Shown here: piece after piece, positions 48,437 through 60,130 of the stretch
Position numbering within the stretch: the stretch's first letter is position 1
Layout: each line of letters begins with the position of its first letter
Origin: Heteronotia binoei
Taxonomy: Eukaryota
Length of the DNA: 64,000 nt
Reading direction: 5' to 3'
Assembly (NCBI RefSeq): GCF_032191835.1
Contig: NC_083243.1
Span: 118,792,001 to 118,856,000 of the forward strand
Notes under the pieces: model-generated
The model's database searches: none
What the model was told of the DNA's origin: nothing
Seen by the model: the letters and a program-made list of their open reading frames with translations, nothing else
Translations under genes and position numbers: made by a program

Positions 48437-51400
48437 TGTCAGACACTGGCGAATCTTGATACTGTATTACTGAAAGGCAATGTATAGCTTGACATGACTA
48501 ACCCCATTTTGAGCATTTACTACTAACCATGAAACAGAGGCCTTGCATATCAAAGCAGCAGCAGAGATGTTACTAACCCCTGCTGTGAATTCCTCTTCAT
48601 AGTACTAACAAAAGCAACAGTCCTTTGAAGATAGCATGCCTCAAGGAGAACCAGCAGAGCTCTTCCGTGAGAAGAGGAACCACAAGAGATAAGGGGAAGA
48701 GAAGGTGTTACATGTATTCTAGAAGTGTGAGAATGTAGTATTGTTTAGAAACTCTTTGATGTACACTGCTTAAAGACTTGCTTTTCCCACCAAATGCTAT
48801 CAGTTCCAATGCTCCTTTGTCCAGATCCTTGAGATATCAAATAAACGTCTTAACATTTGCAACAAATGGAAGTCCGTTTACTTTGAACCTCCATCGTCTG
48901 ACATATTGGAACTGAACCAACACGGGTCTATCCGAACTGGCAACTTGCTAGCTGAATGGCCGCCAAAGTTCCAGATAACGGAGAACCCACCGAACGCATA
49001 GAGGAGCCGGGGATCCCACCGGGTGTCACAGTCGACAGACGGAAGGGGGGGATCTCCACTACATTTCTCAACCTTACGCTTCATCCCGAGGAAGTGGCAG
49101 CCCCGCACCTCAACCGCGCTCATGGATGAGGCAGCCGGGCACTTCGGGAACCTGTTTACAGGGACAGGGAGTGAAGGAGAGGACGTCCTGGCCGGAGAGG
49201 ACCGAGGAGGCGGCCCGGGGGAAGATGAAGGCCGAACCCGGAGGAGAGGACGTCCAGCTGCTGAGGAATGAGATGTGGATTTGGATACGAGAAATCCGAA
49301 ACGAGATCCAGGCAAACACTGTGCACATCGCACACGAGGTGCAGAGACAACTGGACCAAATGCGAGAGCAGATACGGGCCCCACCGGGCGAGCCGGTGCT
49401 GCGACCAGAGCCGGAGAGACCGCTGCCGGACCAGCCTGGGGGCCCGCCAGAAGAGCCAGCTGAGCCACCACCGGACCAGCCGGCGCCACAGCCAGATCAA
49501 CCGAGGGGCCAACCGGGGGAGCCGGCAAGGCCGCCGGTCCCAGTGGCTCGGCCCTGGGCTCGGCCATGAGGGGGGAACCCTGCACGGAGGAAACCCAGGG
49601 GCTGCCAGTGGGAATAAAAGAACACTGGGAGGTGGACGTTTCATCATAGCCCCCTCCTCATCATTTGATGTGGGGGTGGGGGTGGGATGGCTAGCCCACC
49701 ACCAGCCGGACATACAATGGGGGGCGCAAACAATAGACTTTACCAACTGGCAGTGCACCCACCACCACTGGCAGGGGCGATGGGGGCCAACGCCATCCCT
49801 CGGTGAACGAAAAGATGTGTGTGTCGGTGGAAGAGGTCCGCTCCATCCCAAGGGAGTATTGAGACCTCCACAAAGTGTTCAGTGAGGAGGAGGCCAATGA
49901 GCTGCCGCCCCACAGAGACACAGACTGCTATTGAGTTGATCCCGGGGCAAGAATTACCGAAGGCTAAACTATATTCGATGGGGTGGGCAGAGAAAGCCGA
50001 ATTACGAAAGTTTATTGACAAAAACTTGAAATGGGGGTTCATTAGGCCGGCGACCACCCCCCACGCCGCCCCGGTCCTCTTCCGGAAGAAGAAGGACGGG
50101 AGTCTGAGACTTTGCAAAGACTTTTGCAGGATAAATGGGATCTCGATGTTGAATGCTTACCCCATCCCCCTAATCAAAGACTTATTACATACAGTGTCAG
50201 AGGGGTCCGTGTTCACCAAATTAGACCTCAGGGATGCGTACTTTCGAGTTAGAATCAAGGAGGGGGACGAATGGAAAATGGCGTTCAACACTCCCATGAG
50301 GCAGTTTGAATATCTGGTGATGCCTTTTGGCCTACAAGGGGCGCCCAGAGTCTTTATGAACTTTATAAATGAAGTGCTACGGGAATACCTGTACAAGGGG
50401 GTGGTGGTGTACCTGGATGACATCATTATCTATTCGAAAGATCTAGCGTCTCACGTGCCCCTAGTGCGAAAAGTGCTCTCAACCCTGTATCAGCACAAAC
50501 TGTATGCCAAGCTAACGAAGTGCGAGTTTCACCAAATGGAACTCGACTACCTGGGGTTTCGGGTGTCCGGGCAGGGATTGGCGATGGACCCAGCCAAAAT
50601 ACAAGCGGTAATAGAGTGGAAACCCCTGAGGACACGTAAACAGCTCCAATCGTTCCTCGGGTTCGCAAATTTCTACAGGGGGTTCATACAGGGGTTTGCC
50701 CAAGTAATGTTGCCCCTAACCGATTTGCTAAAGACCAAGGGGAAGGGTCCGGAGGCCAAAAAAACGGGGGCAAAGCTACTGTGGACCCCCGAGTGCCAGG
50801 CGGCATTTGATGAGCTCTAAAGACTGTTCACTAGTGAGCCAGTACTAGCCCACCCGAACGAACTGAAACCCTTCGTGGTCCAATGTGACGCCTCCGATGT
50901 GGCCGTAGGAGCCATATTAATGCAGAAAGATGAGGAGGGGAGGTTGAGACGCTGCACATACATTTCATGCAAGTTTTCGCACAAACACCGCAACTGGTCG
51001 GTTTGGGACAAAGAGGCATTCGTTGTAACGTATGCACTAAAGACTTGGAGGTCCTGGTTAGAAGGGGCCAGGGTGCCATTTGAAATCTGGACGGACCACA
51101 AAAATCTAGAAGCCCTAACCGTCCAGAGGAAATTAACACCTAAACAGATCCGGTGGGCAGAATTTTTTGCAAAATTCGACTTTGTGCTTCGGCACATCCC
51201 CAGTTCCAAGAATTTCTTAGCAGATGCTCTCTCACGCCTTCCCCAGCATGAGAGTCAGAGGGAGTAGGTCATAGGCTCAATCATTCCCCCCTCCGCAGTG
51301 GCTGGGGGGGTGACCACCCGGTCCGGGAAGAAAACCGGGTGGCCAGAACCATGGGGAGGCAACCGACTGATCGAGGAAACAGAGAAGGAGGGAGAGGGGA

Positions 51401-53093
51401 GGCCGGATGGCATACTGAAAGGGGAAGGGGGTTTTTGGTACTACGAAGGGAAGCTTTATGTGCCAAAGACCCTCCGAGCAGAAGGCAGTGCAGTGCTGCA
51501 GTGGCAGCACTGCCACTGCAGCAAGCTGGCTGGCCACTTTGGCTATGTAAAAACGCTACATCTGGTAAATCGCTAGTTCTGGTGGCCGCAAATGAAAAAG
51601 GACATTTCTGAGTTTGTGGGATCATGCCCCATCTGCGTCATGGCCAAATGGCGAGGGGGGAAGCCACCGGGGTTATTGCAACCCACCCCCACTGCCAGCA
51701 GACCATGGTCAGTGGTCTCAATGAACTTTATAGTGGAGCTCCCCGCCTCCCAGGGAAAAACGGTAGTGCTGGTGGTGGTAGATACCTTTTCCAAACAGGC
51801 ACATTTCATTTCTTGCAAGCAACTACCAACGGCTAAAAAACTGGCTCATTTATTTTTCCATCATGTGGTTAGGCTACACTCATTCCCTGTCAAGGTCATT
51901 AGCGACCGCGGGCCGCAGTTCATTGCCAACTTCTGGCGGGAGTTTTGTAAAATGGTGGGGATAGAGCAGGGACTGAGTTCCGCCTACCACCCCCAGACGG
52001 ACGGACAGACGGAACGTGTAAATAGTCTTCTCAAACAGTATTTAAGGTGCTATATAAACTACCAGCAATCCAACTGGGTGGAGCTGCTCCCGTTTGCAGA
52101 ATACGGGTACAACAACAGCCTGCACAGCTCCACCAAAGCTTCACCATTTCAAATAGTGAACGGCTACAAAGGCAAGCCATACCCCTTGCTGCCCAGTCCG
52201 AGGGAACAGCGCCACCTAGCTCTTGTCAACAATGGTGGGAAGGAGTGAGGAAAGGCTGGGCGGTCATTCAGGAGAATTTGGAGATGGCTAAAAAGGACTA
52301 TAAAGTGTACTTTGACAAGAAACACTCCCCGGAGTGGGACTTCAAAGTGGGGGAGAGTGTGTTCCTGTCAACCAAGAACCTACCATTACCACCGACTTGC
52401 AAAAAACTGGCATACAAGTTCTTGGGCCTGTTTAAAATAAAGTGAGTAATAAATCAGGTGACAGTAGAATTGGACCTTCCTAAAATGTTTAGTAAAATTC
52501 ACCCTGTTTTTCATTGCAGTCTTCTTCGCAAAGATCCTGGAATTACGTCATGGCACCCCCGCTCTCCAGAGCCCACACCTATTCAAGTGAAGGGTCAGAG
52601 TCACCATGATGTGCAGGAGGTGCTAGACTCAAAAATCCAAGGAGGGGTGTTGTACTACCTGGTCCGTTGGAAATATTTCCCTACTAGTTGTGATGAATGG
52701 ATCAACTCAACCGACCTGCAGGCCCCCTCTCTTCTGAAGAAGTTTTACCTACTGCACCTAGAAAAACCCCTGCTGTGAATTCCTCTTCATAGTACTAACA
52801 AAAGCAACAGTCCTTTGAAGATAGCATGCCTCAAGGAGAACCAGCAGGGCTCCTCCGTGAGAAGAGGAACCACAAGAGATAAGGGGAAGGGAAGGTGTTA
52901 CATGTATTCTAGAAGTGTGAGAATGTAGTATTGTTTAGAAACTCTTTGATGTACACTGCTTAAAGACTTGCTTTTCCCGCCAAATGCTATCAGTTCCAAT
53001 GCTCCTTTGTCCAGAACCTTAAGATATCAAATAAACGTCTTAACATTTGCAACAAATGGAAGTCCGTTTACTTTGAACCTCCATCGTCTGACA
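48437..53093 (+). mobile_element. Ty3/Gypsy chromovirus (Tf1/sushi group) Gypsy-2
   Basis: 5-bp TSD GGTAT (48432-48436 / 53094-53098); 5' LTR 48437-48903 (TGTCAGA...TCTGACA); 3' LTR remnant 52765-53093 with ~6 differences in 329 bp; gag/protease deletion at ~49564. Confidence 0.95.
49930..52778 (+). pseudogene. Gypsy-2 pol (RT, RNase H, integrase, chromodomain)
   Basis: KLDLRDAYF, YLDDII, LQSFLGFANFY, QCDASD, WTDHKNL, ADALSR, HHCC zinc motif, SMNFI (first catalytic D changed to N), SDRGPQF, QTERVN, HDVQEVLDSK...YYLVRWKYF..CDEW; several stops and frameshifts. Confidence 0.93.
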
Positions 53094-54682
53094 GGTATGA
53101 GGAAATGAAGGCTGTATTCAGGGAAAATGGACTGCTGTATTTATATGTATTTATTGTTGGGAATGGGAAAGTCTCCTGGTTCCGCCCTAAAATCTCCTGG
53201 CTCCACCCCCCCAAAGTCCCCAGATACTTTCTGTGTCAGACTTGGCAACACTAAACCACACTTTGCCATACATTACTGGGCAGGGGAACACCAGAAAGAT
53301 TATTAAAAGGGGATTCAGTAGTATAACTGAGTTTTTTAAGGTTATAAGGTAAGCAAGCTAGGGTTTTTATTTGCCTGCATATACTGTTAAAGAGATTACT
53401 TATTGAAGTATGAAGTATTTTATTATATTTATTTGTGAAAGAATTTTCAATTATAACATTTTATATTTCAAGCCTTTCCTTTTATATTTCAAGCCTGTCC
53501 TATGTCTTACTTTAAAATATCACATAAAACTAAATTTAAAAGATAATCACTGGTAATGATCTTATGTGGTTTATTCTGATACCTTATATCCTAGCAAATA
53601 TGACTTTCCTCTTTTATCTCTGCCACTAAAAAGAGAAACTTGGATGCATGATATCTTGTAGGAGCTGTTTCATGGTATCAGAGCCAAGTTCAATCACAGT
53701 ACTCTCTCCCACCGTATCAAGGGCAAACTGGCAGTAAAAGGGTGAGAATGGATGTTCCTGAATAGAAATATCTTCCTGCAATGAAAGTCTAGTAGCATGC
53801 ACATGTTCTTAAGTTAATAATGCTGTTCAAAAGCCATCCAAGAAGAAAAGAGCAAACACTGATTACAGATAGGCTAATGAACAATATTATTTGCAGAGGA
53901 CTATTGGAATGTGCACTTTGCTGATTCAGGGCTTAAGAAAATTGGGGCAGCACAGCACATAGATCTATACTGAGTTCACATGAACTTAAGAAAACATTAG
54001 GTACCACAGGCACATGATGCCTTGCCTCTGTACTATTTGCTGTAAAAAAATATATGCCTTTCGAGTGAGGAGATCCCAGAGTTCTTCTTAGCTTTGCTCC
54101 TACAATACACATGGCAGTGTGGCCTGTGGTGGACAAAGGCAGCCTTGAAAGTCAGTGAGAGGTAATAACTGTGTGAAGAATTAAAGCAATACTTATCTTT
54201 AAAGAGAAACTTATATTTCTCTTCCTACTTCATTCTAATTCGTCTTTTTATGATACTCTAATTTTAAAACGGATTCACATGATGACACATGGTTTCAATG
54301 ATTTTCGGATTATTTGAATCAAGTAACCATATGCAGACATAGCATTTAACAGTGGCTTGTTTTCCTTAACTATGATTAAGCACACTACAAAGCCTTAGAG
54401 TACATCTTCCCAGGCAGCCATGTTCTCCAGGGGAACTGCTCTCTGTTGTCTGGAGATCAGTTATAATGGCAGATCTCCAGGTGCCACCTGGAGGTTGGCA
54501 GCCATAAGACATCAAGACTTACTACGTGCTGAAGGTGAAATAAGAGATTTAAAAATCTCTTTTTCTTGCAAGCTCACAACTATATTAAATATAAACTTTT
54601 AAAACTTAAAAAAAAGCTATGATTAAGCACTATGCCTGAATACCAAAACCATAACTGAGGACTGAAAACCATAATTTGAAGG

Positions 54683-57600
54683 CTCCCGGTGTGAGTTTCC
54701 AACAGAGCGGTTGTCTCCTGAATAAGGGGAAAACTTAATCCTTTGTTCAGGGTAGTAAAGATCCTTATCGGGTTCTCTGCCTGCATTTCTCAGTTAGAGA
54801 ATTGCCCAGGATGACGTCAGAAATACTTTGAGCCGTTGATCTCAGCTAATGATTGATTCTAGAGGGGATTTTTCTGAGGCTTTGATGATCCGGAAAGGAA
54901 AAGGAGCGTCGTCCAGCATCTACAAAGGATTAAGAGCCATTCAATTGGCTTAAGCATGTTTGGATCTCACTCTCTTTTGGGACTGATAAGCATTTGAAAG
55001 ACCAGGAAGACCAAAGTTTAAAAAACATAGCCGCTAAGTTACTTTGATCATTATCTCTCACTCCAGGACATTTCTAAGCTAATCTAAATAACAGTAGAAG
55101 GTGGGAAAACTTGAACAAGAACAAAAGTGAGGGGAAGAGGAGAAACTTTGAAATTTGGACTTTGTTAAATTAAAAACATTGCTAGGATTGAGACCCTGGA
55201 GAGCCGCTACCAGTCTGAGAAGACAATGCTGACTTTGATGGACCAAGGGTCTGATTCAGTATAAGGCAGCTTCATATGTTCATATGATTTGGGAAAGAAG
55301 AAAATTGTTTTGAATACCTGTGGTCAGTGACAAAGGCTTCTGTGTTATGGCTCTGTACTTGCAATCAACATAACAAGTATTCAAAGACTGCGATATTTGG
55401 GAAACGAGAGCTGAGCTCTGTGATCCAGGAAGTAAAAGCTAAAGGTTTACTGGCAGTCAACATAACAAGGATTCCAAAGAACGTGATACGTGAACCAGGA
55501 AGTAAAAGTTGAAGGAGAGAAGAGCAAGAAGAAGGTCTTTGCTAGGGATTTTTAACCATAGAGAAAGTACGATCGCCATTTTGAAAGAGGGAAAATTGCC
55601 AAAAACTGTTAAAAATCAATATCTCAGCCCAGGAAGGTAGGAGAAAGACGAAATTAGTCTTATTTTAAACAGCAAGTTCTAAGCTACTGGACTTGGTGCT
55701 GAATTTAGAATTGGAGCCCTCTGAGGTTTTTTTTTTGCGGGGGGGGGGGTGTTATGTCAGAAGGAAGATTCTTTGGACAAAATGCAAAGCCAGTTTGATA
55801 CCATGGAAGCCAGGATTATGAAAGGCATGGAGAAGATGATAACAAAGAGCTTAAGAAGGATATTGGAGATCTTAAAAAAGAAGTTGAAGATTTTAAAGAT
55901 GAACTAGGTATGGTTAAAAACAGGGTCAAGGAGGTTGAAGAGAAAGTTGATATACATGCTTCCACCTTATTAAAACTTCAAGAGAAGGTAACAATTCATG
56001 ACTGCAGATTAATGGAAACTCAAGTACGTCTGAGAGGAATACCTGAAGGGGAGGGAATTTATTTATTGGATTATATGGTGAAAACAATTGCTGACTATTT
56101 AGAGGAAGATCCTGAAAAATTTAGAAATATGCTGGACAGTGTTTATAGAGTTAATTCATCATATGCAAAAGATAAAGGCCTACCAAGAGATATAGTTATA
56201 AGACTAAGGTCCAAGGATATGGCAGGGAAAATTCTAAATAAAAGTTTTCAAAAAGCCCTGACAGTAGAAGGGAGTAGAGTCAAAATAATGAAAGAGCTGC
56301 CAAGACAAGTGATAAATGACAGGAAGAAATACAAGAGATTAACAGAGAAGCTGCGTACAGAGGGCATGAGATACAGATGGATACTACCCGAGGGTTTGGG
56401 CTTTGAACAACGTGGAAGAAGTGTTACAATAAGGAATGAGCAAGAGATGTACAGGTTTTTTTTAAGAGAATAAAGACTCTGCATCATAATGGAGTACAAG
56501 TTACTATCTTGGAATATAAATGGACTAAATTCACCACAAAAATGAAAAGCAACATTTCATTGGATTAAAAAGCAAAAATGTAATATAATTTGTTTACAGG
56601 AAGCTCATATAAAACAAAAGGATTACAAATTTTTGTGGAATAAACAATTGGGATTGGAATTTTTCTCATTGGCAAATCAAAAGAAAAGGGGTGTGGTCTT
56701 TTATATTAAAGAACAATTAGAACCAAAATTGATATTTAAAGATAAAGATGGAAGATATATAGCAGTGGAAGTGATGATGGATGCAAAGAAAACGTTGTTA
56801 TTAGAATTATATGCGCCCAATGGAGCGAAAGATACTTTTTTAAAAGACATTAATCGACAGTTATATGAATTGTCATATGACCAGATTCTGATGATGGGTG
56901 ATTTTAATGGAACAATACAAAATAATATAGATAGATCGGGCCAAAAGAGGAATGATAAAGAAGGAAGACTGCCAAAATCATTTTTTGAGTTGAAGCTTGG
57001 AGGTTATTTGGAGAAAATTTAATCCTGAAGTAAGAGACTACACTTTCTTTTCAGCAAGACATAATTCTTTTTCCAGAATAGATATGTTATGGGGCTCTAA
57101 AAGCTTGGGCCTCATAACTAGAAAAGTGGAGATTCTACCAAAGGTTTGTGCAGATCATAACCCAATATGTTGGATTACAAAATTGCAAAAGAAAACAAGA
57201 TGGAGAATAAATGAGGACTTGCTACAAGATATTGTGACTTTTCTAGAAAAGGAAACTACAGCGTTCTTTCAAATAAATGACACCAATGATACAGAATTCC
57301 AGACGGTTTGGGATACTTATAAAGCAGTTATGAGAGGACTATTAATCACATTGAATAATAAAGATAAGAGGGCCAAAGAAAAGCAGATGTTAGATATACA
57401 AAATGAAATAAAGAAAAAAGAAGGGGAATTAAGAAAAAGACCAGGGAAAAAGAAATTAATAAGGGAAATTACAATACTATAATCCCAAGTAAGACATTTG
57501 TTAAATAAAGAACTAGAATGGAAATTAAAAAGTTTGCAACAGAAATCGTTTGAAGGTGCGAACAAACCTAGGAAGTATTTAGCTTGGCAACTGAAGAAAA

Positions 57601-60130
57601 AGAAAGAAAATAAAATTATTAACAAAATTGTGGCAAGTGGAAAAGAGATAGTCGATCAAGAAGGAATTAAAAGAGAATTTTTAAATATTATGCAAATTTA
57701 TTTAAAGGTGTGAAAATCAAAAAAGAAAAAATGGAAGAGTATCTATGAAATATTAAGATGGCACCCCTGACTGAGTATATGAAAAAGATTTTGAATGACC
57801 CAATAGAAAAAATTGAAATTGAAGCAGCAATAAATGTAATGAATATAGGCAAGGCTCCCGGGCCAGATGGATATTCAACTAAATTTTATAAAACTCTTAA
57901 AGATGAGATAGTACCAAAATTGCAAAAATTGTTGAATACAGTAAGAATAAAAGGGGAAATTCCAAATACTTGGAAAGAAGCTGTAATTTCGTTGATCCCC
58001 AAGGAAGATAGAGATGTCACAAATGTAAAGAACTATAGAGCAATTTCATAACTAAATAATGATTATAAGATTTATACAAGAATCTTGGCAGAATGACTTA
58101 AGCAATATTTGATTAACTTTATAAAGGAAGATCAAGCGGACCTTACAAAAGAAATGAAGGTGAGCAAAGGTACAAGACAAGGATGTCCGCTTTCACCATT
58201 GTTGTTTATAATGACTCTTGAAATTTTGTTAAGGCAAATACAAGATGGTAAAGAGATAGAAGGATTGAAAATTAGAGGATTTTCTTATAAATATAAAGCA
58301 TTTGCAGATGACATTGTGTTCATAACTGAGAATCCGATCCAAGGGATACCTTTGTTGATAGCTAAGATAAAAGAATACGGAGAAATGGAAGAACTATATA
58401 TAAATAAAGAGAAGTCGAAATTTTTATGTAAAAATATGCAACCAAATGGAAAGAATTGCAGATTTTGACGGGATGTGAAGTTACTCCTAAAGTTAAATAT
58501 TTAGGTCTAGAAATAACTATGAAGAATATTGATTTGTATAAAAACAATTATGAAAAGTTATGGTGCAAGATGGACAAAGATATGATGAAATGGAGTAGAC
58601 TTAATTTGTCTTTGTTGGGTAGGATTGCTGCAATTAAGATGAATATTTTGCCAAGAATAATGTATTTTTCCAAACTATTCCGATTGTGAAAGATAGCAAA
58701 CAATTTAACAAATGGCAAAGGAAGATTTCTGAATTTGTATGGGCTGGGAAGAAACCAAAGATTAAGATGAAAAATTTAACAGATGCTAAGGAGAGGGGAG
58801 GTTTTCAACTTCCAGATTTAAGACTGTACCATGATGCAGTTTGTTTGACATGGATAAAGGATTGGATAATGCTGTTAAATAAAAAACTTTTATTGTTAGA
58901 AGCTCATGGGAACAAATTCAGCTGGCATGCTTATATGTACTATGGGAAAAATAAGATGGACGGTCTTTTTTCTCACCATTATATTAGAAATAATTTACTA
59001 AATACATGGATAAAATATAAAAAAATATGGTGATGAAAGAAAGCCGCTTTGGATAGTGCAGAAGTAATAAAAATAACAGCTGAATCTGATGAAGAGAGAG
59101 GGATGTCATATAACCAACTGCTAAAGATTCAAGGTGATAAAGTTGAATTAAAATCTGCAGAAGAGTTAAACAAGTATGACTGGTTTCAAATGCAACAAAT
59201 AAAAAGCTTGATGGAAAATGATATTAAATCTGTTGGAATTAGACGTGAGCAAACGGAATTAGAAAGGGTTCTGCTTGGAGATAATGAAAAATTAATATCG
59301 AAAATATATAAATTATTGTTGAAATGGTCTACAGAAGAAGTAGTAAAATCTCAAATGATTAAATGGGCAATTAATGTAAACAAGGAAATACAAATGGAAG
59401 AACTCGATGAAAATATCAACATGTCAGAGTATTAAAGAGAACTGTTTCAAGATGATGTATAGGTGGTATATGACTCTGAAAAAACTGGCAAAGATGAGTA
59501 AAAAGATGTCGGATAGATGTTGGAAATGTAAGAAATGAAGGTTCTTTTTACCATATGTGGTGGACTTGTAGAAAAGCGAAAAAGTTTTGGCAGATGATAC
59601 AACAAGAAATATCGCAAATTTTGGGTTATGATTTTAAGAAAGTAGCAGAGACTTTTTTATTGGGACTACAAATGGAAAAATTTCCAAAAGAAGACAGAAC
59701 TTTAATTTGGTACTTGCTCTCAGCTGCTAGGACATTATATGCGCAGTTAGGGAAACAAGAAAAAATACCAGAGAAATGGGACTGGATTGTGAATGTTTTA
59801 TCATGGAGTGAGATGGATAAACTAACAAGAATTTTAAGAGACTATGATTTGGAAGTGTTTAAGAGGGAATGGAAGAAATTTAGAGGATATATAGAAAAAG
59901 AGTGGAATTTGAAAGGACATTGGGCAATCTTTTAACAATGAATTTAAGAAAAAGGGAAATTGAACTTTGATGGGTTAAGGGTACCTTTATAAGTGAACTT
60001 AAGTATATAACATCGGCGGAAGTCTAGAAAAGGAGGGAGGGGAGATTAGAAAAATATCATATGGGTTAGGGATTGTAACAATATAATTTGACATTGTTAC
60101 CATATGTTATTAATAAATTGTTTTAAACAC
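54683..60130 (+). mobile_element. L1-clade LINE #3, full length by TSD, degenerate
   Basis: 19-bp TSD GAAAACCATAATTTGAAGG (54664-54682 / 60131-60149); ORF1 ~55754-56473; ORF2 56489-59935 with stops and a ~245-bp RT deletion at ~58139; AATAAA 60112-60117 but almost no A-tail; same family as L1 #1. Confidence 0.92.
55189..55286 (+). mobile_element. CR1-like 3' tail fragment inside the L1 #3 5'UTR (another copy ~62776-62866)
   Basis: TGAGACCCTGGAGAGCCGCTACCAGTCTGAG...GGTCTGATTCAGTATAAGGCAGCTTCATATGTTCAT. Confidence 0.65.

Noticed and set aside
48904-48921. TGG near the LTR end as a tRNA primer-binding site
   Set aside because: TGGAACTGAACC matches no tRNA 3' end I recall and is better explained by complementarity to the element's own LTR
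53662-53741. Possible plus-strand exon, open in two frames
   Set aside because: Isolated and ambiguous frame; cannot be supported without transcript data
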